DNA of 64,000 bases from Callorhinchus milii (Eukaryota), in contig NW_024704742.1 of NCBI RefSeq assembly GCF_018977255.1, positions 112,346,001 to 112,410,000 of the forward strand, given 5' to 3'. The notes below the pieces were generated by a model. The model worked only from the letters and a program-made list of their open reading frames with translations. It had not been told where the DNA came from and did no database searches. Both the position numbers and the translations under genes were made by a program. Of the stretch, positions 1 through 12,599 are shown piece after piece; position 1 is the first letter of the stretch; the number at the start of each line of letters is the position of its first letter.

Positions 1-1042
1 GATCTCTGTCAATCTCAGTCGTCAGGTTCCCTAACCAGGTGCATTCCATTCCAAACACACAGGAATTTCCATGTATAGGTGACTTACATATGTGTAACTC
101 TCAATCCGGTTTGGATACTCATGAGCATGGTGATGGGTTTCCACCTGTGTCAAAGACCCAGCTGACCAAATAAAACAAAAATAAAACAAAAGATTTTGGA
201 GTTATTCCAGAGATTTGTTCCTTCATCTGTGACTTTGTTCCTTCTCCACAACAATGACCCCCTCCATTCATCAACCAGCTTCATTTTTTATTGATGATTC
301 CAATAATTATTTGAGAACTTGTTTATAAAAATTGTGCATCCAAACAACAACTTAAAATTGCAGCTTGGTGACTGATAATTCTAAAAGTTTGATAAATTGT
401 GACAGTTTCATACACAGCAAAATATAAATGGCAAGTTTGTGCTGAACCATTAGTCTAACAGCATGCAAGAGGTAAGGGGTAGTAAACCCCATTTTAAAAT
501 CAAATTTTCATTCATTTATCAACACACATGGATGAGCTACTAAAATTATTAGTCTCCATTACGGCTGAATGGCTTATTATTAATGACGTGCAATCAGAAT
601 GTATTCCAAAAGACTAATTTCACAAGATTTGTCCATTATCAACTGATCTTACAATTGCTAATTGTGTTCAGTAATTAAATACCAGGAGATTCCTGGCATC
701 GCTGTTACAAACTTAATTCCTACAGCACTAATTCTACATTTGCAAGATATAAGTTGTCGAGTGTATGGCTCATGTCAGTGTCATCTCACAACAACAATTT
801 GCATTTATATAGTACCCTGTGGCGGAGTATTACCCCGAGCCAGGGGAGAGGGAGGGGGAGATGTCCATAAGCATGATCAAAAAGGAAGGCCTTTAGGCAG
901 GATTTGAAAGTGGGGAGGGAGGGGGCAAGGCAGAGGGATTGGGATCACCGTTTTAATAAATATTTTTCTTGTATCTGCAAAGCCTGATTATAGTACCCAA
1001 CATTTTGCAGAATGGATTGAATGGAAGGTTAATAGTTTATAT

Positions 1043-3170
1043 AATAACAACAAAATTACATTTGTATATCGCCTTCCACATTGCGAGGTGGAAGGACTAC
1101 AGGATGGAGTTCCAGAGGGTGGGGACAAAGTGGCAGAATGCCTGCCCGCCATTGGTGGGGAGGGCGAGGTGGGGGATGTGAATCAGGCTGGAGCCCGCTG
1201 AGAGGAGGGAACGAGCAGGATGGCAGGGTGTTAGGACTTTGCAGAGATAGGAGGGAACAAATCCAAGAGGGCTTTGAAGGTGAGGACCAGGCTTGAACTG
1301 TATCCTCTGTGTGATGGGAAGCCAGTGGAGTCAGGTGAGAATGGGGGTGATAGGGTCACGGAGCCTGGTGCAGGAAAGGACACAGGCTACAGAGTTCTGA
1401 ATGATCTGCAGCCTATGGAGGGAGGAGTGGTCCGGGTCGATAAGCAGGGAGATTGTATGTTCGAGCCTGGATGTTATGAAAGCATGTATGAAGGTTTCGG
1501 TGGCCTGCAGTTTGAGAGAGTGTCAGAGCTGCACAATGTTGCGGAGGTGGGGAAGGCAGAGCGGGTCATGGCACAGATGTGGAGTAGAAAGGATAGTTGA
1601 GAGTCAAACAAGATGCCAAGGTTCCAGACTGGCTTAGTGAGCTGGAGTGTGGATGATGATGCTGTCAGGGTCTGAGGTGAGGAGATGCTGACGGGAGCCA
1701 ATCAGGAGGTTTTCGGTCTTGTTGACGTTCAACTAAAGAAGGTTAGCTCTCATCCAGGACTTCCAAACATTCTGTCAGCACAGCAGTGGTCCTGGAGTCA
1801 AGGGTGGAAGCACAGAGGTACAATTGGGTGTCATCCGATTACGTGTGTAAGTTGACCCCATGTCTATGGATAATGTCACCAAGAGGGAACATACAGATAT
1901 TGAAGAGGAGGGGACCAAGGACAGAGCCCCGAGGAATGCTGTACAAGATAGTGCGGGGGCTAGAGGAGAAACCATTTTATGGAGATGAAGTGGAGATGGT
2001 GTGAGAGGTAGGATCTGAACCACTCAAGGACAGAACCATGAAGGTTGAGGTGAGAGGAGAAGTGGTGGAGGAGTATAAAGTGTTCAAAGGTATCGAAGGC
2101 AGTAGAGCGGTCAAGGAGGACGAGGAGGCAGAGGGAGCCCTGGTTGCAGATACATACATAGAATGTCGTTTGACCAAAGCTGGTTTTGTGCTGTGGGCAT
2201 CACGGAAACCCTATTTGATAGGTTCATGAAGGGCGTACTGGGAGAGGAAAGAGCAAAGCTGGGAAGCAACTACTCATTCCAGGACCTTGGAAAGGGAGGT
2301 TGGAGATGGGGCGGTAGTTTGAGAGCAGGGATGGGTCCAGTGAGGGTTTTTTAAGGATAGGAGTGATGATGGCTGTTTTTAAAGGGGTGAGAATGGTGCC
2401 AGTGGACAGGGAGAGGTTTATGATGTCCATGAGCAGAGGGGCAAGGAGGTGGAGCTGGTGAGGTTCGGAGAGGGATAAGGATGGGGTCGAGGTAGGAGGT
2501 GGTCGGTTTCATGCGGGTTATAGTGGTGGTGAGAGAGGAGGGGGAGACAGGTTTGAAGGTGTGGAGGGAGGGATGGGTAGGGGCCAGGGGTAGTGGGAAG
2601 GGGGGAGAAAGGGGAGGGGGTAGTAAACAGAAGGCCAAAGGTAGCTGAGTAGATCCCTTCGACTTTGGTTTCGAGGAAGTCCATCATCGCCCCACAGTTG
2701 GTGTTGGAGGAGAGAATGGGCGTCAGAGTGTGCACGGAGGAGCCGACTGCTGATGGAGAAGAGGAGCCTGGGGTTGTCCTTGGCCTCCAAGATTGTCTCA
2801 GAGTAGAAGGATGATGGAGAGGTAAGATTTGATAACGTCCACCCAGATCTGCCGATGGACCGTTAAGTTGGATTTGAGCCAGATGTGTGCAGCGACACGC
2901 ACCTGTGCCTTAAGGCAATGGAGGTGGCTGGTGTACCAGGGTGACTTTCGTAAGTAGGAGACCGTTTGGGAAGTGAAGGGACCAAGAGCATTGAGAATGG
3001 TGGAAAAGGAGTTGTGGAGGAGAGTGACTGAGGAGGATGGTCATTGCGGGTAGAAGCCCAGTGGGGGAGGAGTTCAGATGACTCCCAAGGCAGTGGAGAG
3101 GGAGGGGAGTTGAGATTTTTTTCCAGGACAGTAGGCGATGGAGGTGGGTTGGGAGAAGGATTGAGGAGTA
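1043..3170 (-). mobile_element. L2-clade LINE, 5'-truncated and decayed
   Basis: Minus-strand fragments KTAIITPILKKPSLDP..NYRPISNLPF and EAKDNPRLLFS; (TTG)n tail at ~1045. Confidence 0.85.
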
Positions 3171-3481
3171 CTATTAATGGATAATAATATCCATTAATAG
3201 CTAATATGTTCTCTTATCTGTCCAGAATAGTCTTCCGGTTCAGGACACTTTAAAGATCCTACAGGACTCTTCAAAAGGAGCTTCTCCTGGTGTCCTAGCC
3301 AACAATCCTCCAGATGAAATTTGCCATTTACCTCCTGCTTGTTTGTAGGACATTGTTATGTGCAAATTGACTACCATGTTTGCCTACAAATAGCATTCAC
3401 TTTACAGGAATCCCGTAAAGTATTTTTGAGTTGTTTGAAAATATGACAATGCGCTGTATCAAATGCAAAGATTATTTAAAG

Positions 3482-3563
3482 CAGCGATAGCCAACTTGTG
3501 TGTCATTGGTCCTCATTAAGCATGTGTGAAATAGTCATGCGGGCTGCGAGATGGCCATCCCTG
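3482..3563. mobile_element. Small hAT-like MITE
   Basis: Imperfect TIRs cagcgatagcca / tggccatccctg; flanks ATTTAAAG and ATTTACAG (7/8 TSD). Confidence 0.55.
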
Positions 3564-4111
3564 ATTTACAGTATCAGAACATCATCCAAATGTTTATGGT
3601 GACCGTGCAGAGATTTTTAACTGAACTATTCATTCTATTCACAAATTAAACAAGACAGCACCACAACGTACATTTTGACTACAGTTGCCTCTTAAAATTT
3701 GTTATGCTTCATACATCAGTTTTATTAATATTGTGTATTTTAAAGAAATACAAAATCCATTAAAATCCAATATTGTAGTAAATCTCTAAGAGATTCCATA
3801 CATTGCTGAGGCCTCATTTTTCAAATGAAGTGCATTCTTCAAAATGTTACATTGGAGTTGAAATGTAAGCTGCTGGAACTCTACTATGTGTGGAAGGTGC
3901 ATGCATGAAGCATTGCTTTTTTATCCTATTACAGTACATGAAGTATAAATACATCTTAAAAAATCATAAATCTTATCTATCATGGTTCAAAACCTGGAAC
4001 AAATCAGCTTTTGATGTTTCTGTAGTTTCGTGAGTGTGGTGTAGATGTAACTTAGTAATACAATAAAACATATTTGACTGCAAGGATACTTGACTGTTTG
4101 AGACAAAAGTT

Positions 4112-4823
4112 TTTTTATAAAAAAATATTTATTTACAATTATAACATTTAGTACAACAGAAATCCAAAACAAACACATCATCTCTCACAATTTTTCCCTT
4201 TTCTCCCAATACAAAAAACATTCCATTGTTTATAGTACATTCCCTCACTGCACAGGTTCTGCACACGTTTTTTCGGACACTCTCTTTAACACAGTCGGGA
4301 GTCACCTCTGTGTACACCACATCCATGAGCGCACCCGCAGATACCCTGATAAGGTGTACTTGCCGCTTTCAGAAGGCACCCCGACATGCACCGTACACGC
4401 ACATGTTTACCGTGCAAACGTTTTCGGGACGCTCTTTGGTTACATCTCGAGTGTCCTTCTGTATCCTTACTTCAGTCAGTTTTGGGTGTGATCGTGGGCT
4501 ACCCTACCCGATGGGTGTGCCTTGAGCGGGTTGTGCCAGAGCAGCTCCTGCCAGGGTCAAGCCTCATCTGGCTTTTGCTGTGGTTGAGCCAAACTTCAGC
4601 TTGTCTCTCAGTATATAGTCCCTTATCCTAGCGTGCGCAAGCCTGAGGCAGACCCTCACTGGCCCATCGTTCTGCCAGAAGAACACCTGGTTTCAGGAGT
4701 GCTAAAGAGCATCCTTTACTGAGTTTATAATCCTCCAGGTACATTCGACTTAGGTTTCGCTGCGAGTGCTCGGGAAGAGGCCATACAGCACCTAGTGCTG
4801 TTGACAGCTGGTCCTCAGGGATG
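4112..4823 (-). mobile_element. Tx1-like (L1 group) non-LTR retrotransposon 3' fragment
   Basis: Minus frame VLYGLFP..WRIINSVKDAL*..RLAHARIRDYILRD..KAR*G; AATAAA and short A tail; 17-bp TSD TGTTTGAGACAAAAGTT at 4095-4111 and 4824-4840. Confidence 0.8.
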
Positions 4824-6174
4824 TGTTTGAGACAAAAGTTGATGAGGGAACCTCTAACAAGATCTGCATTTTTAGTTAGTTAGTAGCTGCTTTATTAACT
4901 ACATTAACTCCCCATACATAATATGTGCATGCTGTCAGAATTCACAACATTCATGCTGCCTATCTATCTGATTATTTTATCTATTTTATTTGGTATTCTA
5001 CTGTATTCCAACCAAACAAATGAAGTGGCAGAAATAAAATGCAGCAATGTACATCAGTTCTATTTGTTACACACAGGGTTTATTTTCTTTAGGTTTCAGG
5101 AGAGTTTAATCATTTTGCAATATGCACCATTTATATGGCATGCAATCAATTTTCTGTTTTAGTTTAGAAAATATGAAGATGCATCTTTTACTATGTTCCT
5201 GATAATGCTTTATTTTTGAATGATTTATGAACATGTAAATATCTTCTCAAAGGTCCTAGGAAATCACTACTTATAAAACATTAAGTCTGTTACATCCTTA
5301 TTTTTTGAGAAAACATCAAAGACAACTATATTACAGAGAGAAATTATGTAAGCACTTCTGCATGGCACTGTTTTCATCTTATTCAGATGCTCTTCCAAGC
5401 CACGAGAGATGACAACATTTTGAAATTCTAAAAAACAGGAAGCAACAAAATAATTTATAGTATTTTTCCTTTTCATATTATGTTATATACAATATAATTA
5501 TATAAATATAATTATAATACATACAATATGATCTTAACGCAAAATGGTTTTGCTGGTTAAAGCTGGGCGAAATTTTGAGCCTCTGGTAAACACTGAACAA
5601 AAAGATGTCTATTTTTAAGGGTAGATCAGGCCACTTGTTTTAATATTATGGGCAACTATCCTTCAAATAAATAAATGTAATTCACTTCATAGCTGTTTGC
5701 AGGCCAATGCTGTGTGCAAATGGGTGCTGCAATCGCCTAGAAAATTGCAGCCGCTACACCTAATAGTGAATCATGTGAAGCACTTTTAGACGTCCTCCCT
5801 ATATCAAACGCAAGAATTATTATAATAATAATCTTTGCTTTTGATATAGCACCTTTTCACATCACAATTTACATACATAAAGCACCTTTCATGTGGGGAG
5901 TATGTCTAAAAATGCTGTACACTGCTAGGTGGGCACAGAGCCAGAGGTTTGGGATTAAAGAGGGTGGAAGTGGAAAGATTGCTGAGAGTGCAGTCAAAGA
6001 TAACTGTGTAATTTCTATACCTGCAAGCCTGGTCAGGAGCGGCACTCTTAACTTTTCACTGCACCATCTGGTGAGTCTTCTTCATCGCATTAAACTTTGT
6101 TTTATACCCAAACCCCATTCCCCAACTTGGTTAAAAACTAATTGGGCTGGACAGGTTGGGCTGGACAGGTTGGC

Positions 6175-7922
6175 TGGACCTCCTCAAAATCTACCACTCC
6201 ACTCTAGCCTCGGCTAAGTCATCCTTCTACTCCAGGACAATCCTGGAGGCGAAGAACAACCCCAGGCTTCTGTTTTCTACCACATCCCGACTCCTCCGTC
6301 CCACCCGCCACCCCGCGCAGGTCATCTCCTCCAACCTTCACTGCGAGGAGATGCTGGATTTCCTTGAATCCAAAATCAAGGGAATCCGCTCCGTGGTCAC
6401 TCCCCCTCCAACTTACACCCACCCCCCACCCCTTCCTTCCCACACTCCGACTCCTACTCAAGCTATCAAGCTACCGGCCCATCTCCAACCTCCCCTTCCT
6501 GTCCAAGGTCCTTGAACGAGTTGTCGCCTCCCAGCTGCGCTCTTTCCTCTCCACCCATGCATTATTCGAACCCCTTCAGTCGGGTTTCCGTGCTGCCCAT
6601 AGCACAGAAACTGCCCTGGTCAAGGTCACCAATGACATCTTGACCATCTGCGACCAGGGCTCCCTCTGCCTCCTCGTCCTCCTCGACCTATCGGCAGCAT
6701 TCGATACGGTCGACCACGCTATCCTCCTCCACCGCTTGTCCTCCCACCTCAACCTTCAAGGTCCTGTCCTTGAGTGGTTTAGGTCCTACCTCTCCCACTG
6801 TCTTCAGTTTGTTTCCACGAACGGCTTTTCCTCCAGCCCCCGCACTGTGGTGTCCCTCAAGGCTCTGTCCTCGGTCCCCTCCTCTTCACCCTCTATATGC
6901 TCCCCCTCGGTGACATCATCCGCAGACATGGGGTTAACTTCCACATGTATGCGGATGACACCCAACTCTACCTTTCCTCCTCTACCCTCAACTCCACGAC
7001 CACCGATGTCCTGACAGCTGCCTGTCCGACATCGAGTCCTGGACGAGAGACAACTTTCTTCAGCTCAACGTGCGCAAAACTGAGGCCCTCCTGATTGGCT
7101 CACGTCAGCGCCTCCGCACCTCAGGCGCTGACACCATCAGCATCCAAGGCTGCACTCTCCACCTCTCAAAGCCAATCAGGAACCTCGGGTTCTGTTCGAC
7201 CCTGAGCTGTCCTTTCTCCCTCATATCCGCACCACAACTGGCACCGCCTTCCATCACCTCCGGAACATCGCCAGACTACGGCACTACCTCACCCCTCACG
7301 CTGCTGAAACTCTGGTCCACGCCTTTATCACCTCAAGGCTGGACTATGGGAACTCTCTCCTCGCCGGCCTTCCCGCCACCTCCCTCCACAAGCTGCAGGT
7401 CATTCAGAACTCTGCAGCTCGTGTACTGTCCCGCACCAGGCTTCGCGACCACATCACTCCCACCCTCGCTCGCCTCCACTGGCTCCCCATCCCCCAGAGG
7501 ATCGAATTCAAGATCCTCATCCTCACCTACAAGGCCATTCACGGCCTTGCTCCCTCCTACCTCTCCAACCTACTATCCCCCTACTTACCTGCCCGTACCC
7601 TCCGTTCCTCTGGCTCCGGTCTGCTCCACATCCCCCGCCCCAACCGCCCTACCATTGGTGGCCGGGCCTTCAGCCTCTCAGCCCCATCCCCCAGTGCCTT
7701 CGCCTTGCTTCCTCCCTTTCCTCCTTCAAGGCCGGTCTCAAGACCTTTCTCTTTGACCGTGCCTTCAGCTCCCCTCTCGACTCTCTACCCCCTCCTCGCT
7801 CCCTCCCTTCCCTCCTCTCACCCTGACCATTTCCCCCCTGCTCGGGTCCTGACCCAACTGTCCAGCGCCTTGGGACGTCCTCCCGATGTGAAAGGCGCTC
7901 TATAAATGAAATCTTGTTGTTG
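6175..7922 (+). mobile_element. L2-clade LINE 3' part with RT remnants
   Basis: [45 protein letters not shown]; frameshifted; tail ...aaggcgctctataaatg...(TTG)n. Confidence 0.92.
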
Positions 7923-9155
7923 ATTCTGTGCTATAAGTGCTATAAGTAAGTCTACGTAAAGGGACTGCCCTGCCTTTGCTATTTCAAAGAAACATGGAGC
8001 TTTTCTGATGACTTTAAATGCTCTGAGACACTATCCCATGTGAAAGACACTATATAAATGCAATTTTTGTTGGTTGTCCTGGCGTGGGATTAGCTGTTGT
8101 ACTCGCTGTTATAAGATTCACTTCATTTCTGATGAATTATATTTTGTGAAGAACTTCAAGACATTCAATGTTGTGTGAATGGCACTATATAATATAGTCA
8201 TTATCATTAGGTATCTCCTTTCTAAAGATCACACAAGATTGCTCCAGAGGAAGAAGGCCGTTTGGTCCATCTGATCTCATTCCTCCAGAACACCCACCCT
8301 ACCGGCCTCCCATCACAGTATCAAGCTGCTTTTTAAATGAATCTAATGATTTCGCCCTCAACCACCATTCCTGGCAACTTATTCCAGCTGTTAAATTGTT
8401 CTCTGGGTAAAGAAAAGCTTCCTGGAATCTGTCTTGAAATTGCCCGTTACATCTCTAAACCTATATCCTTCTACTGTCTTGGAGCATAAAGTATTGATCT
8501 GTGTTACTTTTTCAATCCCATTTAAAATGTTTTACATCTCTATAAGGCCCCTTTGGAGTCACCATCTTAATTGAGCCCAGATATTCTCTTGCCTTATCTG
8601 CGCTCACTAATCTTTACTTGAGTGGTGGACAACCTTTTTGAAACAAGAAATATTTAAATCAGGAAACATTTATTTTGTTGGCCAACCAAAGAGGTTGTTG
8701 CTTTACTTAGATGAGTAGTAGCTGGATGGACTAACATTCACACATCAGGAGAAATGTTTTCATGCACAGGATTGTTAGGATAAGGAATACGCTGCTGGGA
8801 GCGATGGTTGAGACAAAATCCGTATTGGCTTTCAAGAGGGAAAAAGACAAATACAGTAAAGAGTGAATTTTGAACGTGCTTACGGTCACCTCCCCCCCTC
8901 CCTCTCCCCTGGTTCACTGTCAGACTCAGTCACTGTGAAGATCTCCGGGCGTTACCCAGTGTGAAGGGCGCTGTCTAAATGCAAGTTATTGTTGGTGTTG
9001 TTTTGGGCCAAGAGCAGGTAAATGGAAGTGAAAGGACTGCTCTGGAGCCGGCACAGACACGATGGACTGTGCCGTAAATTTCTCCGGTTCCTATTTCGCA
9101 CCGACCGCCATTACTTCCACTCTGAGGTTGCACTGACATCTTCTCACGAGACAGG

Positions 9156-9472
9156 ATAATAATAATAATAATCCTTGCATTTGACATAGCGCCTTATCAC
9201 GTCATCGAGACGTCTCAAAGCGCTTCACAGAATGTACTGTAAAGTGAATTGACTGTGTATTTGTGAGCGAACCGCGGCAGCCAATTGCGCACAGCAGCGT
9301 CCCACAAACAGTCGTGGATTGAGTGATCAAATTATTATCGTTTTTTTTTTCTTGAGGGATTATTGTTAGACGTGTGGAGTAAGGAAACTTGCCCGTGGTT
9401 TTGTCCTGCCGGGAATCGAACCCAGGTCTGTGGCTTGCGAGGCGAGCGCTCTAACCACTGACCAGGACGACC
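9156..9472 (-). mobile_element. tRNA-derived SINE (Deu-like core, L2-type tail)
   Basis: Minus-strand A box (tcagtggttagagc) and B box (ggttcgattccc), tgtttgtggga..gctgtgcgcaattggctgcc core, (ATT)n tail. Confidence 0.85.
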
Positions 9473-9529
9473 CGCAATCAGAACACGTTTGTAGCCCAAA
9501 GTCCACCAAATACTAGCCCCAGAGTAGCC

Positions 9530-9900
9530 CAGATTGCACGTCACGGGCTAATGCACGTGGAACACAGTTGCCTGATTGTGGGTCAGTGCTTTTGAAGCTG
9601 TTCAAGAAAAGGTACGCACCAAAAAACCGCCCAATTGGGCGCGAACCCGCCCAACCCCGGCCGCACTGCGCGAGGAGCGACACTCGCGCCTCCCCGCCCC
9701 GCGCGGGGTGTGCCCGTGCGCGTCGTCAGCCGTGCGAGCTATCGGCTCACATGACCTGTGACGTTGCGGGGGGGAAGTCACGTGGGGAGGGGGTTTTAAA
9801 TGCAAGCGACCGTTAACGGCCGGGACGAGTGAGCGCGAAGCGTGTGGTAGGTGCTGGCGGCGGCCATTGCCGTGTCTGCTCCTTTCATCAACTTATTGTC
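9530..9900 (+). promoter_or_regulatory. CpG-island promoter, probably of CCNH (candidate non-coding first exon ending ~9846)
   Basis: Main CpG-dense non-repeat stretch in an AT-rich window; CCAAT box (~9631), GC boxes (ccccgcccc), CACGTG E-boxes, CRE-like cgtca/tgacgt, candidate donor GTG|GTAGGT at 9846/9847. Confidence 0.7.
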
Positions 9901-10444
9901 TGGTGGGTTATTTAGCTGCCCAGTACACGTGGAGTGAAACCGGTCCCGAGGTTACTACACTGGTTTAACTCTACTTGTACTTCAGCCCCTCCCCCCTCCC
10001 CCCCCCCCCCCCGGCTCTGGCTGGTCTTGCGGTGCTTTCCTCAACGTGTTTAAACCGCACTTTTATTTTTTTTTGGTGTCGAGCAGAATGTGCCGTAAAG
10101 GGGATTGACCCTATTTCGTGGGTGAAATGTGGCCGCCATAGATGACGGGCGATGAGGGGGCGGGGGTGGGGGGGGGGGGTCTGGCTCCCCGAGCTTCATT
10201 CGGAGCCCACTGCAGGCCTGCGGGCTGCTCCTCACCCTGATGTGTCTGGGCTGGAGAGAGAGAGAGGGGGGGGGGGGTGGTCGGTCGGTGTGTCTGTTTG
10301 AAAAGAGGAGGGAGTTTCTCCCAGTGTGTGCTGACTAATAAATGACCCCCTCTCCCCTCCTCCCCCCCCCCAATAAAATTGGTCACTCAACGCCATAGCT
10401 ATTTGTGCTGTGCGCAAAACTGGCTGCTGCTCCGCCTCACCGAG

Positions 10445-11146
10445 CCAGTTTGGCGTCTTGTTTGACCCTCAACTATCCTTTCTACCCTCAACTATCTGTT
10501 CCATGACCCGCTCTGCCTTCCCCACCTCCGCGCCATGGCCCGGCTCCGCCACTGTCTCACACCGCGGGCTGCTGAAACCCTTAAACAGGCGTTCATAATA
10601 TCGAGGCTCAACTCTGCAAACTCCCTGCTTGTCGGCCTTCCCAACTCCTCCCTCCACAGGCTGCAGATCATCCAGAACTCTGCAGCCCGTGTCCTCCCAG
10701 GCACCAGGCTCCGCGACCCTATCACCCCCATCCTCGTCCGACTCCACTGGCTTCCCATCACACAGAGGATACAGTTCAAGATCCTGGTCTTCACCTTCAA
10801 AGCCCTCCATGGTCTTGTTCCCCCTAACTCTGCGACCTCCTAACCCTCTACCAACCTGCCCGTTCCCTCTGCTCAGCGGGCTCCAGCCTGCTTCACGTCC
10901 CCCACCTCGTCTGCCCCACCATTGGTGGGCAGGCCTTCAGCTACTCTGCCCTCACCCTCTGGAACTCCATCTCGCAGTCCCTCCACCTCGCCTCCTTCAA
11001 ACCCTCTTTGACCGTGCCTTCGATCACCCTTCTTCGCCCTCTCTGATCCCGATCCCCAGCTCGGGTCCGAAACACTGACAGTCCAGCACCTTGGGACGTC
11101 CTCCTGATGTGAAAGGCACTATACAAATGTAACTTTGTTGTTGTTG
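10445..11146 (+). mobile_element. L2 LINE 3' fragment
   Basis: LQIIQNSAAR..ITPIL..LHWLP; same 3' tail as 6175-7922. Confidence 0.88.
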
Positions 11147-12599
11147 CTGCATTTTGCCCACAAAATACACATTTAATCTGCTTTATGGTATCCTGTGAAG
11201 TGCTTTGAGATGTCTTGATGTCATAACGTGCTATGTCAAATGTAAGGATTATTATTCAAGTGCTCTGCTTGCCAGACTCTGCAGCTCTTTCCTACAAAAG
11301 GTGCAGAGCATCCAGAACTCAGTTTATGTCCTCTCCCGCACTTGGCTCCATGAGCCCATCACCCCTATCATTGCATGGCTCCACTGCTCCCCAACCCTCA
11401 GCAAATTGAATAAATCCTTATTCTTGCATTCAAATTTTTCCCCCTATCTTTGCCTTACCTTGAATGTCCCACATCCCCACTAGTCAGCTAATATTAGGTC
11501 TCCTACCTAATTTATCCCTCCATTGTTGGAGGGGCCATCCTTCAGTTAACCTGAGGCACTGTTTCCATGTTCAGGTGGATAATAAAGATATCATGGCAAT
11601 AGTGGGATCACATCAAAGAAGGCATATTTGGTCTCCTGGGCAACAATCCCCCAGATAAAATTGGTTATTCACTTCATTGCTGTTTGTGGGATATTGCTGT
11701 GCAAATTGGCTACCACATTCTCCTCCAAAATACAGTCACTGCCCTTTATCGTAAATGCTGTGAAGTACTTTGAGATATTCTCCCGATGTGAAGCTTCTAT
11801 AACAAATATATGGATTATTTATTATTACTATATTATTAGTAATAAAGGGAGGTTCTTTCTGTGTCCTGGCAACCAATCCTCCAGATAAAACTGGACATTC
11901 ACTTAATGCCTGCTTGTGGGACATTGGTGTGTGCAAATTGGCTGTTGTGTTTGCCTACACTTACAATCATTACACTTTTCAGTAAATCCTGTGAAGTACT
12001 TTGAGAGGTTTTGATGACTTGATAATGTGCTATTTCAAAAGCAAGGATTATATATTTCTGGAGAGTTTATATAATGTGTGTAGAGATATGTTTGCAGTAA
12101 TTCTATGATCACAGCTGCTAATAATAACTGCAGACTTGAAAACTATATTTCATTAAAAAATTCATTGTTCAGAATTGGATGTACAGTATTTTGGACCTGC
12201 ACAAATTGTTTTAAGCTTGTTCTTGTTTAAAAGGAGCATATTAAATTTAGAAGTAGAATAAAGAAAAAACTTTTTTTTCTGGGAATGCAGTCTAGATTCA
12301 TTTGTTACTACCTGCAATGTTTATCCACAGTACTTTTCTTTCCAGAATCAGCACGAGATAAACTTCACTTTATTTATACATATGCATAAACCTGCAAAGT
12401 TATCGCATTTACATGGCACAATACAACACTGTTGGGATGTATAGCTAGAGGTGTAACCTAGAATTTGAAAGAGATTATTTTAAAACAGTTTGTGGCTTTA
12501 ATGAAGTACCATTGAAGTATTGTAGGTGCTTTTTGTCTCTTTTCAAATAATAATTTAGCTATAGGGGAATAATAAGATAGCTAATAGGAGATAAGTAAT

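Noticed and set aside
5267..5476. 69-aa minus-strand ORF with an acceptor-like site near 5428
   Set aside because: No recognisable homology and no strong donor; not enough support
9568..9816. Overlapping GC-rich ORFs on both strands
   Set aside because: Expected by-product of stop-codon scarcity in a CpG island
9985..10372. Poly-C and poly-G runs as G-quadruplex regulators
   Set aside because: Common downstream of vertebrate CpG promoters; run lengths are error-prone and there is no specific evidence
12330..12345. Polypyrimidine tract plus CAG as a possible extra CCNH UTR exon
   Set aside because: No clear matching donor; such motifs are common by chance
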